Source of the DNA: Bacillota bacterium
GTDB lineage: Bacteria > Bacillota > Bacilli > Aneurinibacillales > RAOX-1
Direction: 5' to 3'
Length of the DNA: 24,000 nucleotides
Assembly: GCA_035254305.1 (NCBI GenBank)
Contig: DATFAS010000077.1
Coordinates: 1-24,000 of the forward strand
Part shown: piece after piece, positions 9,261 to 16,413 of the stretch
Position numbering within the stretch: position 1 is the stretch's first letter
Layout: each line of letters starts with the position of its first letter
Translations under genes and position numbers: made by a program
Notes under the pieces: generated by a model
Seen by the model: only the letters and a program-made list of their open reading frames with translations
What the model was told of the DNA's origin: nothing
The model's database searches: none

Positions 9261-9289
9261 AATATAAACCGTTTTCATTAGGTTATCAA
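9261..9289 (-). promoter_or_regulatory. Candidate sigma-A promoter of mtlA, with an overlapping cre-like site (9264..9277)
   Basis: Read on the minus strand: TTGATA (9289-9284), a 17-nt spacer, then TATATT (9266-9261). TGAAAACGGTTTAT matches the cre consensus TGWAANCGNTNWCA at 12 of 14 positions. Confidence 0.45.
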
Positions 9290-9306
9290 CAGAATGAAAA
9301 CAAGGT

Positions 9307-9329
9307 TTCGTCCATCATGATGTTGACAA
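9307..9329 (-). promoter_or_regulatory. Possible MtlR operator upstream of the mtlA -35
   Basis: TTGTCAACATCATGATGGACGAA on the minus strand loosely resembles the TTGNCACA-N4-TGTGNCAA type operator reported for Bacillus/Geobacillus MtlR. That consensus is recalled from memory. Confidence 0.25.
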
Positions 9330-9367
9330 ATTTTAATTTGTTCAAAGGATTGGAGGCTTGACTTGTC

Positions 9368-11455
9368 CTATTGCATTAAGTCGTAGCAGTATTCATACAG
9401 TTTTTTCGAAAAGTAATCTGCAATGATTTTGGTTTCTTGAGTTTTAAGAGCATCTATCGTTTCATCGTCAATTAACAAGGCACTAATATGACTTAGCACC
9501 TCTAGACCCTCTTTTGTTATCTCCTTCGGACCCAAAAGCATTACAATATTTTCAATCTCAATTTGTTTATTTTCCATGGATCTCATCCATATTGGCTTCA
9601 TTAAATGATGGATTGTAAAAGAAACCTGTGTCATTTGATCATTTCTTCCATGGAATAAAGCCAATCCCGTATTCGGGATTCCAATCCCTGATAATTTTTC
9701 CCTTTCTAATAATTGTTTTACAACTTTCTCTTTATTTTTTATTATTTTCTTTTGGTGCAATAAATTGCATATATGATTTATTATTTCTTCTGTATGTTCA
9801 TAAGGGATACTGATTGTTGGGAAATCAAAGCCTTCAATAATGTCGATGATATGGTGGAAATAACTTTTCATGGATTTCAACTTCTCAAGGGGATTATTTT
9901 GAAGTTTAGGTTTTAATTGCTCAAGGTCTGAACGATGAACCTTAATCCCTCTCATATATAATTTAATTTTTTGGATATCTTCCTTTGTAAGTAAAGGGCT
10001 AACCAATATATATTTATTTGCTTCTATAAGCAATGGAATCGTGGAAATAATCATGTCGTATTCCCTTTTAGGGATGTGATCAATATCGAATAAGGAAACA
10101 TTTCTTATTTCCACTATTTCAGGTATTTCCTTTTCAATCCGAGTTGCCAAAATTTTAGAAGATCCGATCCCACTTGAACAAACAATTAATGCCCTGTAAT
10201 CCCACTCCTTCTCGCTTGTCCTCTCGAGTGCTGCACCAAAATGCATCACTAAGTAACCCGTCTCCTCTTCTGGTACATCTATATTTGAAAACACTACTTT
10301 AACTGCCTCTTGGATCACTCGAAACAAATCTCCATAATTTGCTTTAATCTGATCCAACAGAGGGTTCCTAATTTTCATGTTTCTTTGAATTCTAAATAAG
10401 GCCGGTTCCATATGTGTTAACAAACCGTACAATAAAGATGAATCACGGCTGAACTGGGTATCTAACTTATCTTCACAATAGCGAATAAACTCCATAATTT
10501 TTGCCACAAACTCCGCATTACTAAATTGCAAAGGATCATTCTGGGAATTACGAAGCTTAGCCCCTCGCAGATGCATGGTTATGTATCCGATTTCATCTGC
10601 TGGAATCTCCATTTGAAATATCATTTCTAATCTTTCTAGAATTTGCGCAGCCACTTTGTATTCTTGTGTCCCTTTAAGCTCTTGCAGGTAATTTTCGTCA
10701 AACTTAATTCGTTCTCCCTTTTTTATTCGTTCCATGGCTAGCGCAAGATGTATCACCAAACCGATATAGGCACTATCAGCTAAAGGATATGGCCACTCCT
10801 TCTCAAGATTGCGCAGTGCATTTTCGACCATAATTAGCTTTTCTTTTTCAATAAGTCCGAGTAGACGTTCCGATATCGAATCAATATTTCGTGATGACTT
10901 TCCCTGAATATTCTCTTTGATGAGGCCGATTAATTCTAACTCATTTAAGTGATCTGAAATAAGGTTACTAATTGCTTTTCGTTTGAACGATTCCTTCCCT
11001 TGTAGCTCTACACCATAACCTCGTTTTCGAATCAAGGATAAATCATATTTTTGAATCCAATCCTCCAGATCATCCAAATCATGACTAATCGTTGCTGGTG
11101 TTACCTTAAGATCATAAGCTAAAGAAACTAATTTAATAGGCTCAGTAGAACCAAGTAATAAGCAAAGGATCATTACTTTTCTCTCATCAGCTGTAAAATT
11201 TAACGTAGTTACATTGATCAGAGATAACCGTAGCTCTTCCTTAGCATCAAGGTCCCCTTCCATCAGAATACCGACACCCGCACGTTTAACTAATTTCAGA
11301 TGATATTGCTGGAGGAAAATCTCTATTTCTTCTAATTCTCGATGGATCGTCCTTGAGCTGACTTCAACCTCATCAGCGATTTCCTTAACTGTAATCCCAT
11401 TTTCATGGTCTAATAAAATATCTAAAATCATCCTTTGCCTAGACGAAATATTCAT
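9368..11455 (-). CDS. mtlR: Mannitol operon transcriptional activator MtlR (BglG/PRD-family; HTH, two PRDs, EIIB-like and EIIA-like domains)
   Basis: 695 aa. It has the N-terminal HTH MNISSRQRMILDILLDHENGITVKEIADEVEVSSRTIHRELEE, PRD-type histidine regions (ITMHLRG, LVMHFGA), the EIIB-like segment ALIVCSSGIGSSKILA, and an EIIA(Mtl)-like C-terminus (LALFHGR). Confidence 0.9.
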   Translation of the reverse strand: MNISSRQRMILDILLDHENGITVKEIADEVEVSSRTIHRELEEIEIFLQQYHLKLVKRAGVGILMEGDLDAKEELRLSLINVTTLNFTADERKVMILCLLLGSTEPIKLVSLAYDLKVTPATISHDLDDLEDWIQKYDLSLIRKRGYGVELQGKESFKRKAISNLISDHLNELELIGLIKENIQGKSSRNIDSISERLLGLIEKEKLIMVENALRNLEKEWPYPLADSAYIGLVIHLALAMERIKKGERIKFDENYLQELKGTQEYKVAAQILERLEMIFQMEIPADEIGYITMHLRGAKLRNSQNDPLQFSNAEFVAKIMEFIRYCEDKLDTQFSRDSSLLYGLLTHMEPALFRIQRNMKIRNPLLDQIKANYGDLFRVIQEAVKVVFSNIDVPEEETGYLVMHFGAALERTSEKEWDYRALIVCSSGIGSSKILATRIEKEIPEIVEIRNVSLFDIDHIPKREYDMIISTIPLLIEANKYILVSPLLTKEDIQKIKLYMRGIKVHRSDLEQLKPKLQNNPLEKLKSMKSYFHHIIDIIEGFDFPTISIPYEHTEEIINHICNLLHQKKIIKNKEKVVKQLLEREKLSGIGIPNTGLALFHGRNDQMTQVSFTIHHLMKPIWMRSMENKQIEIENIVMLLGPKEITKEGLEVLSHISALLIDDETIDALKTQETKIIADYFSKKLYEYCYDLMQ

Positions 11456-11573
11456 TTAACTATTACTCCTTATATCCTGATATTCTTTACTGTTATTCTT
11501 ATCGTATATCCCAATTATTAAGTTTACACTAGGAATTCGTCATTCACGAACCTCTAAGGTTAAACCTATCCAT

Positions 11574-11607
11574 GAAAAAACACCACATTCCAAAGAAAAT
11601 GTGGTGT
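11574..11607 (-). terminator. Rho-independent terminator after hom
   Basis: 10-bp stem ACACCACATT (11580-11589) / AATGTGGTGT (11598-11607) with an 8-nt loop. It is followed on the minus strand by TTTTTT (A-run 11575-11580). Confidence 0.75.
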
Positions 11608-11657
11608 TTAAGCCTATCAAAGTCATTTTTCAAATGACCACGAGGTTTAAATCCAAG

Positions 11658-12809
11658 TTATAATCGACAACCAATAATATCTCTAATAATAGGTATTTCT
11701 CCCTTACCCTCTACGGATAATTTGTACTTTTCAACTTCCTCAGCCGGAACAATTTTTCCATTCAACCATTGGTATGAAGATGGCTTACGGTCATAGCTAA
11801 TTTGAATGAATTCCTTTTGATCGTGATCTTGAATACTTGATGATAAGGTATATAAGCTAACTAGATCTTCTAGTATAGCACTAGCTGTTGGTAACGAGCC
11901 TGCCCCTGCTCCAACAAAGGTTAATTCTCCAGCCATATCTCCCGTTACTGCAATGGCATTTAAGACACCATTGATGCTAGCTAGAGGATGATCGTTTGCA
12001 ATTAGTTTAGGGGAAACCTCAAGACGAATGGTATGATGATCCTCCAACTCAACAGAAGCTAGAAGCTTTATCTTATACCCAAGTTCATGGGCTTGTTTCA
12101 GCTCCTCAGCAGTCACCGTTTCTATCCCTACTCGATACACTTTTTCTAACTCTGGTTCAACTCCGAATGCAAGCTTTGTAAGGATGGCTAATTTGTATAA
12201 CGTATCATAGCCACAGATATCTGCTGTCGGATCAGCTTCGGCATATCCTTTAAGCTGTGCTTCTTGAAGAACCTGTTCGAATGATGCCCCCTCATCCAGC
12301 ATCGAGGTTAAAATATAATTGGTTGTGCCATTCACAATTCCGTGTATAGATTGAATATCATTGCATTGCAAATTGTTTCGGAGGGTTTGAATGATGGGAA
12401 TGGCCGCACCTACACTAGCTTCGAAAAAAATCTTAACCCCTTGACGATTCGCTAGCTGTTGCAGCTCTGCCCCATGCTTAGCAATCATCGCTTTATTGGC
12501 AGTAATCACATGACATCCTTGTTCAATGGCCCATTTCACATACTCATAAGCTGGGTAGGCCCCAGCTAAGGATTCAATCATAACATTAGGTCGTTTTGCC
12601 ATTACATCTTTAAAGGAATCAGTCAACAAGGAAGAAATATCAGGAATATCGATATCCCTTCTTTTCATCATCTCTTTCACTAAAATGTTCTGTATCTCTA
12701 CTTTTTTATGTAAACGTTTTTCGATTTTCTGTTGATGGTGATAAAACCTCTGAACTACACCAGACCCTACTGTACCTAATCCTAGAATAGCTATCGATAT
12801 CTTTTCCAT
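11658..12809 (-). CDS. hom: Homoserine dehydrogenase
   Basis: MEKISIAILGLGTVGSGVV NAD-binding N-terminus, ...ANKAMIAKHG...FEASVGAAIPII...GIVNGTTNYILT...AEADPTADI.... ATG 12809 lies 8 nt after AAAGGGGGA; the alternative ATG is 12815. The track start at 12857 would run into the riboswitch terminator. Confidence 0.9.
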   Translation of the reverse strand: MEKISIAILGLGTVGSGVVQRFYHHQQKIEKRLHKKVEIQNILVKEMMKRRDIDIPDISSLLTDSFKDVMAKRPNVMIESLAGAYPAYEYVKWAIEQGCHVITANKAMIAKHGAELQQLANRQGVKIFFEASVGAAIPIIQTLRNNLQCNDIQSIHGIVNGTTNYILTSMLDEGASFEQVLQEAQLKGYAEADPTADICGYDTLYKLAILTKLAFGVEPELEKVYRVGIETVTAEELKQAHELGYKIKLLASVELEDHHTIRLEVSPKLIANDHPLASINGVLNAIAVTGDMAGELTFVGAGAGSLPTASAILEDLVSLYTLSSSIQDHDQKEFIQISYDRKPSSYQWLNGKIVPAEEVEKYKLSVEGKGEIPIIRDIIGCRL

Positions 12810-12837
12810 TTTCATATTCCCCCTTTGTTTATCACAC

Positions 12838-12998
12838 AAAAAAACCCTCTTCAACAAGAAGAAGGTTCTACAGCCCGATCCATTCTTCTTATCTATCAGA
12901 GCACAATTGCTCTGCAGGAATTAGCACCTTACCAATATCAATCGGTCGGTTGCCGGGTTTCATAGGGCCAGTCCCTCCACCACTCTAGATAAGAATTA
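12838..12998 (-). promoter_or_regulatory. SAM-I (S-box) riboswitch with intrinsic terminator, in the hom leader
   Basis: The minus strand reads TTCTTATCTAGAGTGGTGGAGGGACTGGCCCTATGAAACCCGGCAACC...GGTAAGGTGCTAATTCCTGCAGAG...GATAGATAAGAAG. These are the conserved S-box core blocks with P1 CTTATC/GATAAG. The terminator AACCTTCTTC-TTGTT-GAAGAGGGTT plus TTTTTTT follows. Confidence 0.88.
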
Positions 12999-13011
12999 TT
13001 AAATTATGTGT

Positions 13012-13040
13012 ATAATATAGCAAAATCGCATAGATGTCAA
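13012..13040 (-). promoter_or_regulatory. Sigma-A promoter driving the S-box-hom transcript
   Basis: Read on the minus strand: TTGACA (13040-13035), a 17-nt spacer, then TATTAT (13017-13012). It sits about 15 nt upstream of the riboswitch. Confidence 0.7.
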
Positions 13041-13070
13041 AAACAAATATTAAAATAACTTAGAAAACCT

Positions 13071-13108
13071 ACTACAAAAAAATAAAACCTGCATCTTCAT
13101 TTGCAGGT
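13071..13108 (-). terminator. Rho-independent terminator overlapping the stop codon of the 51-aa ORF
   Basis: Stem ACCTGCA (13087-13093) / TGCAGGT (13102-13108) with an 8-nt loop. It is followed on the minus strand by TTTTATTTTTTTT. Confidence 0.65.
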
Positions 13109-13252
13109 AGTCTTCCTAATAAACTGCCTATATAAAGATTCCGTCATATATCTTTTCCAATCATCGAATCCGTCTTTTGTAGCTTGTTTTTCTGCACGTA
13201 ATACACGAATTGTTCCATATTTCCCCTCGATCACCTTCAAGAGCTTACCCAT
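13097..13252 (-). CDS. Uncalled small basic protein (51 aa), divergent from the recombinase gene; candidate recombination directionality factor
   Basis: ATG 13252 lies 8 nt after AGAGAGG. Translation is MGKLLKVIEGKYGTIRVLRAEKQATKDGFDDWKRYMTESLYRQFIRKTTCK (13 K/R against 6 D/E). It has its own terminator. It falls below the ORF-track length cutoff. Confidence 0.4.
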   Translation of the reverse strand: MGKLLKVIEGKYGTIRVLRAEKQATKDGFDDWKRYMTESLYRQFIRKTTCK

Positions 13253-13386
13253 TCCAAACACCTCTCTTGAATTCAGCCTATTCTTGTAAACTGCCTATTA
13301 TGCTTGGGTGGAGTGGGTTATTAGATGGTTATACTTTAATCATTTCTAGCCATATGGTATGTATAAGAACCAATTGGAGGGGACAT

Positions 13387-14988
13387 ATGAAGCTGCCTGA
13401 ATGGGTCGAACAGATTATTTGCTACCTCCGTCGTAGCAGACAAGATATCGAGAAGGAAAGGAAGACCGGAGAAGACACCCTTGCCCAACAGAAGCAAATC
13501 ATGGAGAGAGTTTTGGCTGACTATAACCTCCCCTATCAAGTATTTGAGGAGATTGGAAGCGGAGATAAAATTGAAACAAGACCTGTGTTCTGTGCCGTAT
13601 TAGATCTGCTTGAGGAAGGAAAATACAAGGCTATAGCTGTCCGGGAACTGAGCCGTTTAGGGCGTGGTAGCTATACAGACATGGGCCGGATCTATGACCT
13701 AATCATTCAAAAGGATATATTAATTATCACTCCATACAAAATATACAATCCAACCAATCACGCAGACCTAAGGCAAATCCGTTTTGAGCTTTTTCTTTCT
13801 CGTGAAGAATTTGAAACCATTAAAGAAAGATTAATGAGTGGAAAAACAGCATCTGCTATGCAAGGAAAGTGGTCTTCAGGAGGAACAGCCCCCTTCGGAT
13901 ATAGAGTGAATGACAATACCCAAAAACTCGAGATCTATGAGGATGAAGCAAAAATTGTTCGTATGATCTTTGATTTATATGTTTACGGGCTTGAAGGTAA
14001 AGAAAAAGGATTCAGAGCAATAGCAACCTACTTAACTAGAAATGGGAACCCATCTCCAAGTGGGATGAATAATTGGAATGTCAGCATGGTAAAGAAAATC
14101 CTCATTGAAAAACAAGAACTATATGCTGGGTCATTCTTGTTTGGGACGACCAAAATGGTGAATGGAAAGAAAATAAAAAAACAAAAAGAAGAATGGATCA
14201 TTGTCGGGAATTCCCATCCAGGAATTATTAATGAAGAGATGCTAGAAAAGGTAAAAAAGAAGCATCAATTGCTTTACAAAACACGAACAAAGGTAGATTT
14301 TAATACCTCAGAGCTAGCAGGGCTTCTAATATGTTCGAAATGTGGTAGGAAAATGATTAGGCAAGCTAATTATCGTGAATACATCTCCAAAAAAACAGGA
14401 GAAATCACCATCCACAGCAAAGAAACCCTATGGTGCAATACGATCGGTTGTACTTTCGTCAGCTATCGGGCAGTAGAAGAAGCACTCCTTGAATTTTTGG
14501 CTACAATCGGGCATTTAAAAGATGAAGATTTTCAAGTGTTCATCCAACAAACACAAGAGAAACATAATGTAGATTTACACGGAGAAGAACGAATTCAACT
14601 AGCTACAGAAACAAAGAATCATTTAATTAAAAAACTTGCTTTCATTTATGAAAAATTTGAGGAAGGAATCTATTCTAAGGAAGAATTCATTACAAGACGC
14701 GAAGGCATCAACCAGAAAATTGGGGAATTAGAAAAGACCATTCGGCTTCTTCTAAATGTAGAATCACCAGCTCGCAAGCTGCAAGTGGATATAAACCAAA
14801 TGAAACAAATCCTACTGTCAGTATACAGAACATATCGAACGATTGAGAATACAGAAGAAAAAAATCGAATTCTTCATGGCATTATTGACCACGCCGTATT
14901 AGAACTGACTGAAAAAGTAAGAGGGAATAAACCCAGCAGATTTAACCTTGATGTTTATTTTCGCATGGAAGATTTCCTCATTCTATGA
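13387..14988 (+). CDS. Large serine recombinase (resolvase catalytic domain, recombinase domain, zinc ribbon and coiled-coil)
   Basis: ATG 13387 follows GGAGGGG. The N-terminus has ICYLRRSRQDIEKERKTGEDTL with the catalytic Ser codon at 13435-13437. It also has ...RELSRLGRGS..., the recombinase domain GGTAPFGYRV, the zinc ribbon CSKCGRKM...CNTIGC, and a coiled-coil-like C-terminal region. It is 533 aa with no disruptions. From memory, the N-terminal motif resembles SprA-type recombinases of SPbeta-like elements. Confidence 0.95.
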   Translation: MKLPEWVEQIICYLRRSRQDIEKERKTGEDTLAQQKQIMERVLADYNLPYQVFEEIGSGDKIETRPVFCAVLDLLEEGKYKAIAVRELSRLGRGSYTDMGRIYDLIIQKDILIITPYKIYNPTNHADLRQIRFELFLSREEFETIKERLMSGKTASAMQGKWSSGGTAPFGYRVNDNTQKLEIYEDEAKIVRMIFDLYVYGLEGKEKGFRAIATYLTRNGNPSPSGMNNWNVSMVKKILIEKQELYAGSFLFGTTKMVNGKKIKKQKEEWIIVGNSHPGIINEEMLEKVKKKHQLLYKTRTKVDFNTSELAGLLICSKCGRKMIRQANYREYISKKTGEITIHSKETLWCNTIGCTFVSYRAVEEALLEFLATIGHLKDEDFQVFIQQTQEKHNVDLHGEERIQLATETKNHLIKKLAFIYEKFEEGIYSKEEFITRREGINQKIGELEKTIRLLLNVESPARKLQVDINQMKQILLSVYRTYRTIENTEEKNRILHGIIDHAVLELTEKVRGNKPSRFNLDVYFRMEDFLIL

Positions 14989-15024
14989 GATCTTCTTTTT
15001 GGCAACTATCTGCTACATCCTTTT

Positions 15025-15261
15025 ACGAAAGGAATCATCAGTGCAAAAAACCGTCCCGTGAAGATCTCCGGTAAATTATATGAGGATATCATTCAAACAG
15101 ATTGTGCAATTAACCCTGGAAATAGTGGGGGGCCATTAATTAATCTGAACGGTGAAGTTATTGGTATGAATGCCTTTATTATTAAGAACAATCAAGGGCT
15201 GGGTTTTGCTGTAGGGATCGACAGTATTAAGGCGCAAATTGGCAGATACATTCATGAATAG
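15025..15261 (+). CDS. 3' segment of the split S1C serine protease gene (carries the catalytic Ser)
   Basis: The frame, open from the junction, reads [51 protein letters not shown]...[12 protein letters not shown]. The Ser codon is at 15124-15126. No RBS or plausible own start lies at the junction. The track's GTG at 15058 is internal. Confidence 0.85.
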   Translation, partial: TKGIISAKNRPVKISGKLYEDIIQTDCAINPGNSGGPLINLNGEVIGMNAFIIKNNQGLGFAVGIDSIKAQIGRYIHE

Positions 15262-15290
15262 AAGGTCAATGATTCCATTGGCCTTTTCTT
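15262..15290 (+). terminator. Terminator of the protease gene
   Basis: Stem AAGGTCAATG (15262-15271) / CATTGGCCTT (15276-15285) with one mismatch and a 4-nt loop, followed by TTTTCTT. It starts directly after the TAG stop at 15259-15261. Confidence 0.6.
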
Positions 15291-15298
15291 ATCAGCAT

Positions 15299-15607
15299 CT
15301 ACATCCAAGATTCTCCCCAATGCTGAATAGCTTGTATAACTGGTTCCAGGCTTTTTCCTTTTGACGTTAGTTCATATTCAATCCTTACGGGTGTCTCAGG
15401 GTAGACTCTGCGAGTAAGAACCTGTGCATCCTCTAGCTCCTTCATTCTCTCCGAAAGCACACGATCACTCATTTCCGGTATCTGTTCCTTTATATCCTTA
15501 AACCGGCGAGGTCCACCAAGCAAAACACGTATTATTAAGCCTGTCCATTTTTTTCCTAGTAATTCTATTGCTGCCTCATAACGTGGACACATGGAGGAAT
15601 AATCCAC
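15299..15607 (-). CDS. HxlR-family (MarR-like winged-helix) transcriptional regulator
   Basis: 102 aa. CPRYEAAIELLGKKWTGLIIRVLLGGPRRFKDIKEQIPEMSDRVLSERMKELE...VRIEYELTSKG is a classic HxlR signature. It has a GTG start 7 nt after AGGAGG. Confidence 0.85.
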   Translation of the reverse strand: MDYSSMCPRYEAAIELLGKKWTGLIIRVLLGGPRRFKDIKEQIPEMSDRVLSERMKELEDAQVLTRRVYPETPVRIEYELTSKGKSLEPVIQAIQHWGESWM

Positions 15608-15678
15608 TGTAGTCCCTCCTTCCTGTTGCTTTATTCTTATTATACTCCATCCCTAGTTAATTGTAAAAAGTAAGGATT

Positions 15679-15707
15679 AAAAAGAAAGCGAGCCGATTAG
15701 GCTCGCC
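15679..15707 (-). terminator. Terminator after the 48-aa ORF
   Basis: Stem GCGAGCC (15688-15694) / GGCTCGC (15700-15706) with a 5-nt loop. It is followed on the minus strand by TTTCTTTTT. Confidence 0.55.
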
Positions 15708-15710
15708 ATT

Positions 15711-15857
15711 TTATTCTTTACTCTTTTTGAATGCAATGATATAAATTTCTTCATTTTTTTCTTTATTCATGGATTGCTCGGCTGTCTGTAACAAATTTAG
15801 TTGGTCATAATTAAGATTGGCTATTGGCAGCTCATCTAAGTGATTGAACTTTTCCAT
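15711..15857 (-). CDS. Uncalled small acidic protein (48 aa), hypothetical
   Basis: ATG 15857 lies 8 nt after AAGAGGAG. Translation is MEKFNHLDELPIANLNYDQLNLLQTAEQSMNKEKNEEIYIIAFKKSKE. It is followed by a terminator. It falls below the track cutoff. Confidence 0.5.
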   Translation of the reverse strand: MEKFNHLDELPIANLNYDQLNLLQTAEQSMNKEKNEEIYIIAFKKSKE

Positions 15858-15910
15858 TTGATCAACTCCTCTTTGTTATCGGTTCATAGTGTATGTAGTC
15901 ACCGTCGTTT

Positions 15911-16312
15911 TTACAATACTAATTGTGATTCCATAATATTTCGTACGGTGGAAATATCTGCTGGAGCCCAATTCAGTTCCCATAGTTGATCAATAGGTAC
16001 CCATCTTAATTCCTTATGCTCTAACGCCTTTGGCGATCCTTCCACAAGTCTTGATTTATATGTAGTGAGATGAACCTCGATTTCCGGATAAGGATGGATC
16101 ACATCAGCTATTTGATCCTCTACTTGAATAAGGCAATCCAGTTCTTCCTTGATTTCTCGTATTAAGGCTTGCTTTGGATTTTCTCCCGGTTCAATCTTCC
16201 CTCCTGGAAACTCCCAAAAACCCTCCATAGACCTATTTGGCCCTCTAAGCGCACATAGTATCCGTTTGTTCTCATCATAGATGACTGCCCCAACAACATC
16301 GATTCGTTTCAC
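15911..16312 (-). CDS. NUDIX hydrolase (MutT-like nucleoside triphosphate pyrophosphohydrolase)
   Basis: 133 aa. The Nudix box is GFWEFPGGKIEPGENPKQALIREIKEELD. It has a GTG start 7 nt after GGGAGG. Confidence 0.85.
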   Translation of the reverse strand: MKRIDVVGAVIYDENKRILCALRGPNRSMEGFWEFPGGKIEPGENPKQALIREIKEELDCLIQVEDQIADVIHPYPEIEVHLTTYKSRLVEGSPKALEHKELRWVPIDQLWELNWAPADISTVRNIMESQLVL

Positions 16313-16413
16313 TCAACAACCTCCCTTTTAACCAGCCGAATTCATGAGTATGAGTAGAAAACTAATATGAATTAGTATGTCGGAAAAGGTAAAAATAATG
16401 AACATAAACTTTC

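Larger units (their letters stand above)
3819..15028. mobile_element. Integrated element of about 11.2 kb bounded by a large serine recombinase. It interrupts the S1C protease gene (attL about 3806-3839, attR about 15010-15041, shared ACGA core)
   Basis: Same-strand, non-overlapping, colinear protease halves lie on either side. ACGA occurs at both junctions (3819-3822 and 15025-15028). There is imperfect dyad symmetry at both junctions. The recombinase gene ends 36 nt from the right junction. Joining 3821 to 15028 restores ...[17 protein letters not shown]... in frame. Confidence 0.8.

Noticed and set aside
13210-13386. The 5' extension of the recombinase ORF in the track (59 extra codons, MFHISPRSPSRAYPF...).
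   Set aside because: No RBS precedes 13210, and the extension sequence is low-complexity and not resolvase-like. ATG 13387 has a GGAGGGG RBS and places the catalytic YLRRSRQD motif at the usual distance from the N-terminus. The extension also overlaps the divergent 51-aa ORF and its promoter region.
3822-15024. Interpreting the insert as a prophage or an integrative conjugative element.
   Set aside because: No structural, lysis, replication, relaxase or secretion genes are present. Every ORF other than the recombinase and one small ORF has a clear metabolic or regulatory assignment. At most it could be a fully degraded or cargo-replaced derivative.
3324-15261. Explaining the two protease fragments as paralogous pseudogene remnants or an assembly artefact.
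   Set aside because: The fragments do not overlap in protein coordinates and are on the same strand. They abut exactly at a conserved motif and share a 4-bp core. An intact site-specific recombinase gene sits 36 nt from one junction. A random misassembly would not produce this.
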